A stretch of DNA of 64,000 nucleotides. Origin: Tubiluchus corallicola. Its lineage: Eukaryota; Animalia; Priapulida. The position numbers and the translations under genes are program-made. Position 1 is the stretch's first letter; every line of letters begins with the position of its first letter. Below the pieces are notes generated by a model. It saw only the letters and a list, made by a program, of their open reading frames with translations. It did no database searches and was not told the DNA's origin. Shown here one piece after another: positions 62,472 to 64,000 of this stretch. The stretch spans positions 88,945 through 152,944 of the forward strand of contig JAQGDQ010002390.1 of assembly GCA_030141605.1 (NCBI GenBank). The letters run 5' to 3'.

Positions 62472-64000
62472 ATGTTGCTTATATTTCTACATACCTTGGC
62501 AATAACAGCCAGTATTGCCGCTATCTTCTGGAGCGTTCATACAATTAAAAATCTTATACATTCTCCAGAAGGAACCGATAAAATGAAAGAAATCGCCCAC
62601 GCGATTCAGGAAGGAGCACGCGCGTATTTAAATCGCCAGTATATGACAATCTCCATTGTCGGTGTCATTATCGGTATCTTCCTTGGCTATCAGCTTGGAA
62701 TCACTGTCGCTATCGGCTATTTCATCGGTGGCATTTTCTCAGGAGCCGCTGGCTATATTGGCATGAACGTTTCTGTACGCGCGAATGTTCGTACAGCTGA
62801 AGCCGCACGGACAAAAGGGCTTTCCGACGCTTTGGATCTCTCTTTTCAATCCGGTGCCGTTACAGGTATGCTTGTCGCTGGTCTCGCGCTCTTAGGCGTC
62901 GCTGGATATTACGTCCTTCTTCAGTTTGTTTATGATCCTCAATCCGCTGTAGAAATGCGCCACATTATGGAAGCTCTCATCGCCCTAGGCTTTGGCGCGT
63001 CCTTGATTTCAATTTTCGCACGTCTAGGCGGCGGAATTTTCACAAAAGGAGCCGACGTCGGCGCAGACCTGGTTGGAAAAATCGAAGCCGGAATCCCCGA
63101 AGATGACCCCCGCAACCCCGGTGTCATCGCCGATAATGTCGGCGATAATGTCGGCGATTGCGCCGGTATGGCCGCAGACCTGTTTGAAACATACGTCGTG
63201 ACAATTGTCGCAACAATGCTGCTTGGCGTCATCTATTTTATTCCCGAGCAACATGGTCAAATTCTAGCGCTCCCTTTAATAATCGGCGCTATCTGTATTA
63301 TCGCGTCTATTATCGCAACAAGATTCGTGAAAATCGATGAAACTCAAAATATCATGAAAGCTCTGTATAAAGGCTTACTCGGCGCCGCGGTCCTCTCCGC
63401 TATCTTGATCGCGATTATCATTCCTCTTATTCTCCCTAAAGAAATGCTTCTGGTTGACGGAACAGCAATTACCGCCACAAACATTATTCTTTGCGTGATA
63501 ACAGGACTCGTCGTAACAGCCCTCATTGTATGGATTACAGAATATTACACAGGCGTAGATTGGGCCCCTGTTAAAAGTATCGCCAACGCATCCGAAACCG
63601 GACACGCAACAAACGTCATCCAAGGGCTGGCAGTCTCTATGGAGGCATGCGCGCTTCCCGTTCTCGTGATTTGCGGCGGTATTATTATCTCCTATAGTAA
63701 CGCCGGTATCTTTGGACTCTCTATCGCCGCGACAACAATGCTCGCACTTGCCGGCATCATCGTCGCGCTAGACGCCTACGGCCCCGTCACTGATAACGCA
63801 GGAGGAATCGCCGAAATGGCCGGACTGCCAGATGATGTCCGAAAAGTAACAGATGCCCTAGATGCCGTCGGCAACACGACAAAAGCCGTCACAAAAGGAT
63901 ACGCCATCGGCTCCGCCGGCCTGGCCGCTCTTGTGCTTTTCGCCGCCTATACACAGGACTTAACATACTATTTCCCTAATTTGACCGTTTCCTTTGAACT
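62472..64000 (+). CDS. hppA: membrane-bound H+-translocating pyrophosphatase, 3'-partial (absent from ORF track)
   Basis: Manual translation from ATG 62472 (GAGG RBS): [69 protein letters not shown]. Confidence 0.95.
   Translation, partial: MLLIFLHTLAITASIAAIFWSVHTIKNLIHSPEGTDKMKEIAHAIQEGARAYLNRQYMTISIVGVIIGIFLGYQLGITVAIGYFIGGIFSGAAGYIGMNVSVRANVRTAEAARTKGLSDALDLSFQSGAVTGMLVAGLALLGVAGYYVLLQFVYDPQSAVEMRHIMEALIALGFGASLISIFARLGGGIFTKGADVGADLVGKIEAGIPEDDPRNPGVIADNVGDNVGDCAGMAADLFETYVVTIVATMLLGVIYFIPEQHGQILALPLIIGAICIIASIIATRFVKIDETQNIMKALYKGLLGAAVLSAILIAIIIPLILPKEMLLVDGTAITATNIILCVITGLVVTALIVWITEYYTGVDWAPVKSIANASETGHATNVIQGLAVSMEACALPVLVICGGIIISYSNAGIFGLSIAATTMLALAGIIVALDAYGPVTDNAGGIAEMAGLPDDVRKVTDALDAVGNTTKAVTKGYAIGSAGLAALVLFAAYTQDLTYYFPNLTVSFE

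Overview
Chromosomal segment of an alphaproteobacterium, judged from gene order (ribF-ileS-lspA-DUF3035, rne/amiC, slt/dapA-smpB, secG-pyrG-kdsA-eno, TPR-ispE); the lower taxon cannot be assigned. It holds mostly housekeeping genes, two tRNAs (Glu-TTC, Gly-GCC), and partial malQ and hppA at the window edges. The + strand is C/A-rich whatever the gene orientation. Several conserved gene blocks lack their usual respiratory or biosynthetic members, while sugar and fermentation genes are present (malQ, galM, uxuA, two yqhD, H+-PPase). The main candidate for an undescribed system is a ~10.5 kb minus-strand locus (42707-53258) that looks less skewed in spot counts. It encodes two paralogous nucleobase-type permeases, an SDR, a GntR/HutC repressor, a DhnA/LsrF-type aldolase, a Zn-dependent polyol dehydrogenase, an FGGY kinase and two divergent RibD-reductase-domain proteins. 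Upstream is a near-consensus sigma70 promoter overlapped by a perfect TTGTATATACAA palindrome. I infer an inducible catabolic pathway for a heterocycle-sugar/polyol conjugate, possibly a ribityl compound. No CRISPR array, integrase, transposase or prophage was seen. All family assignments are by motif recognition, without database searches.
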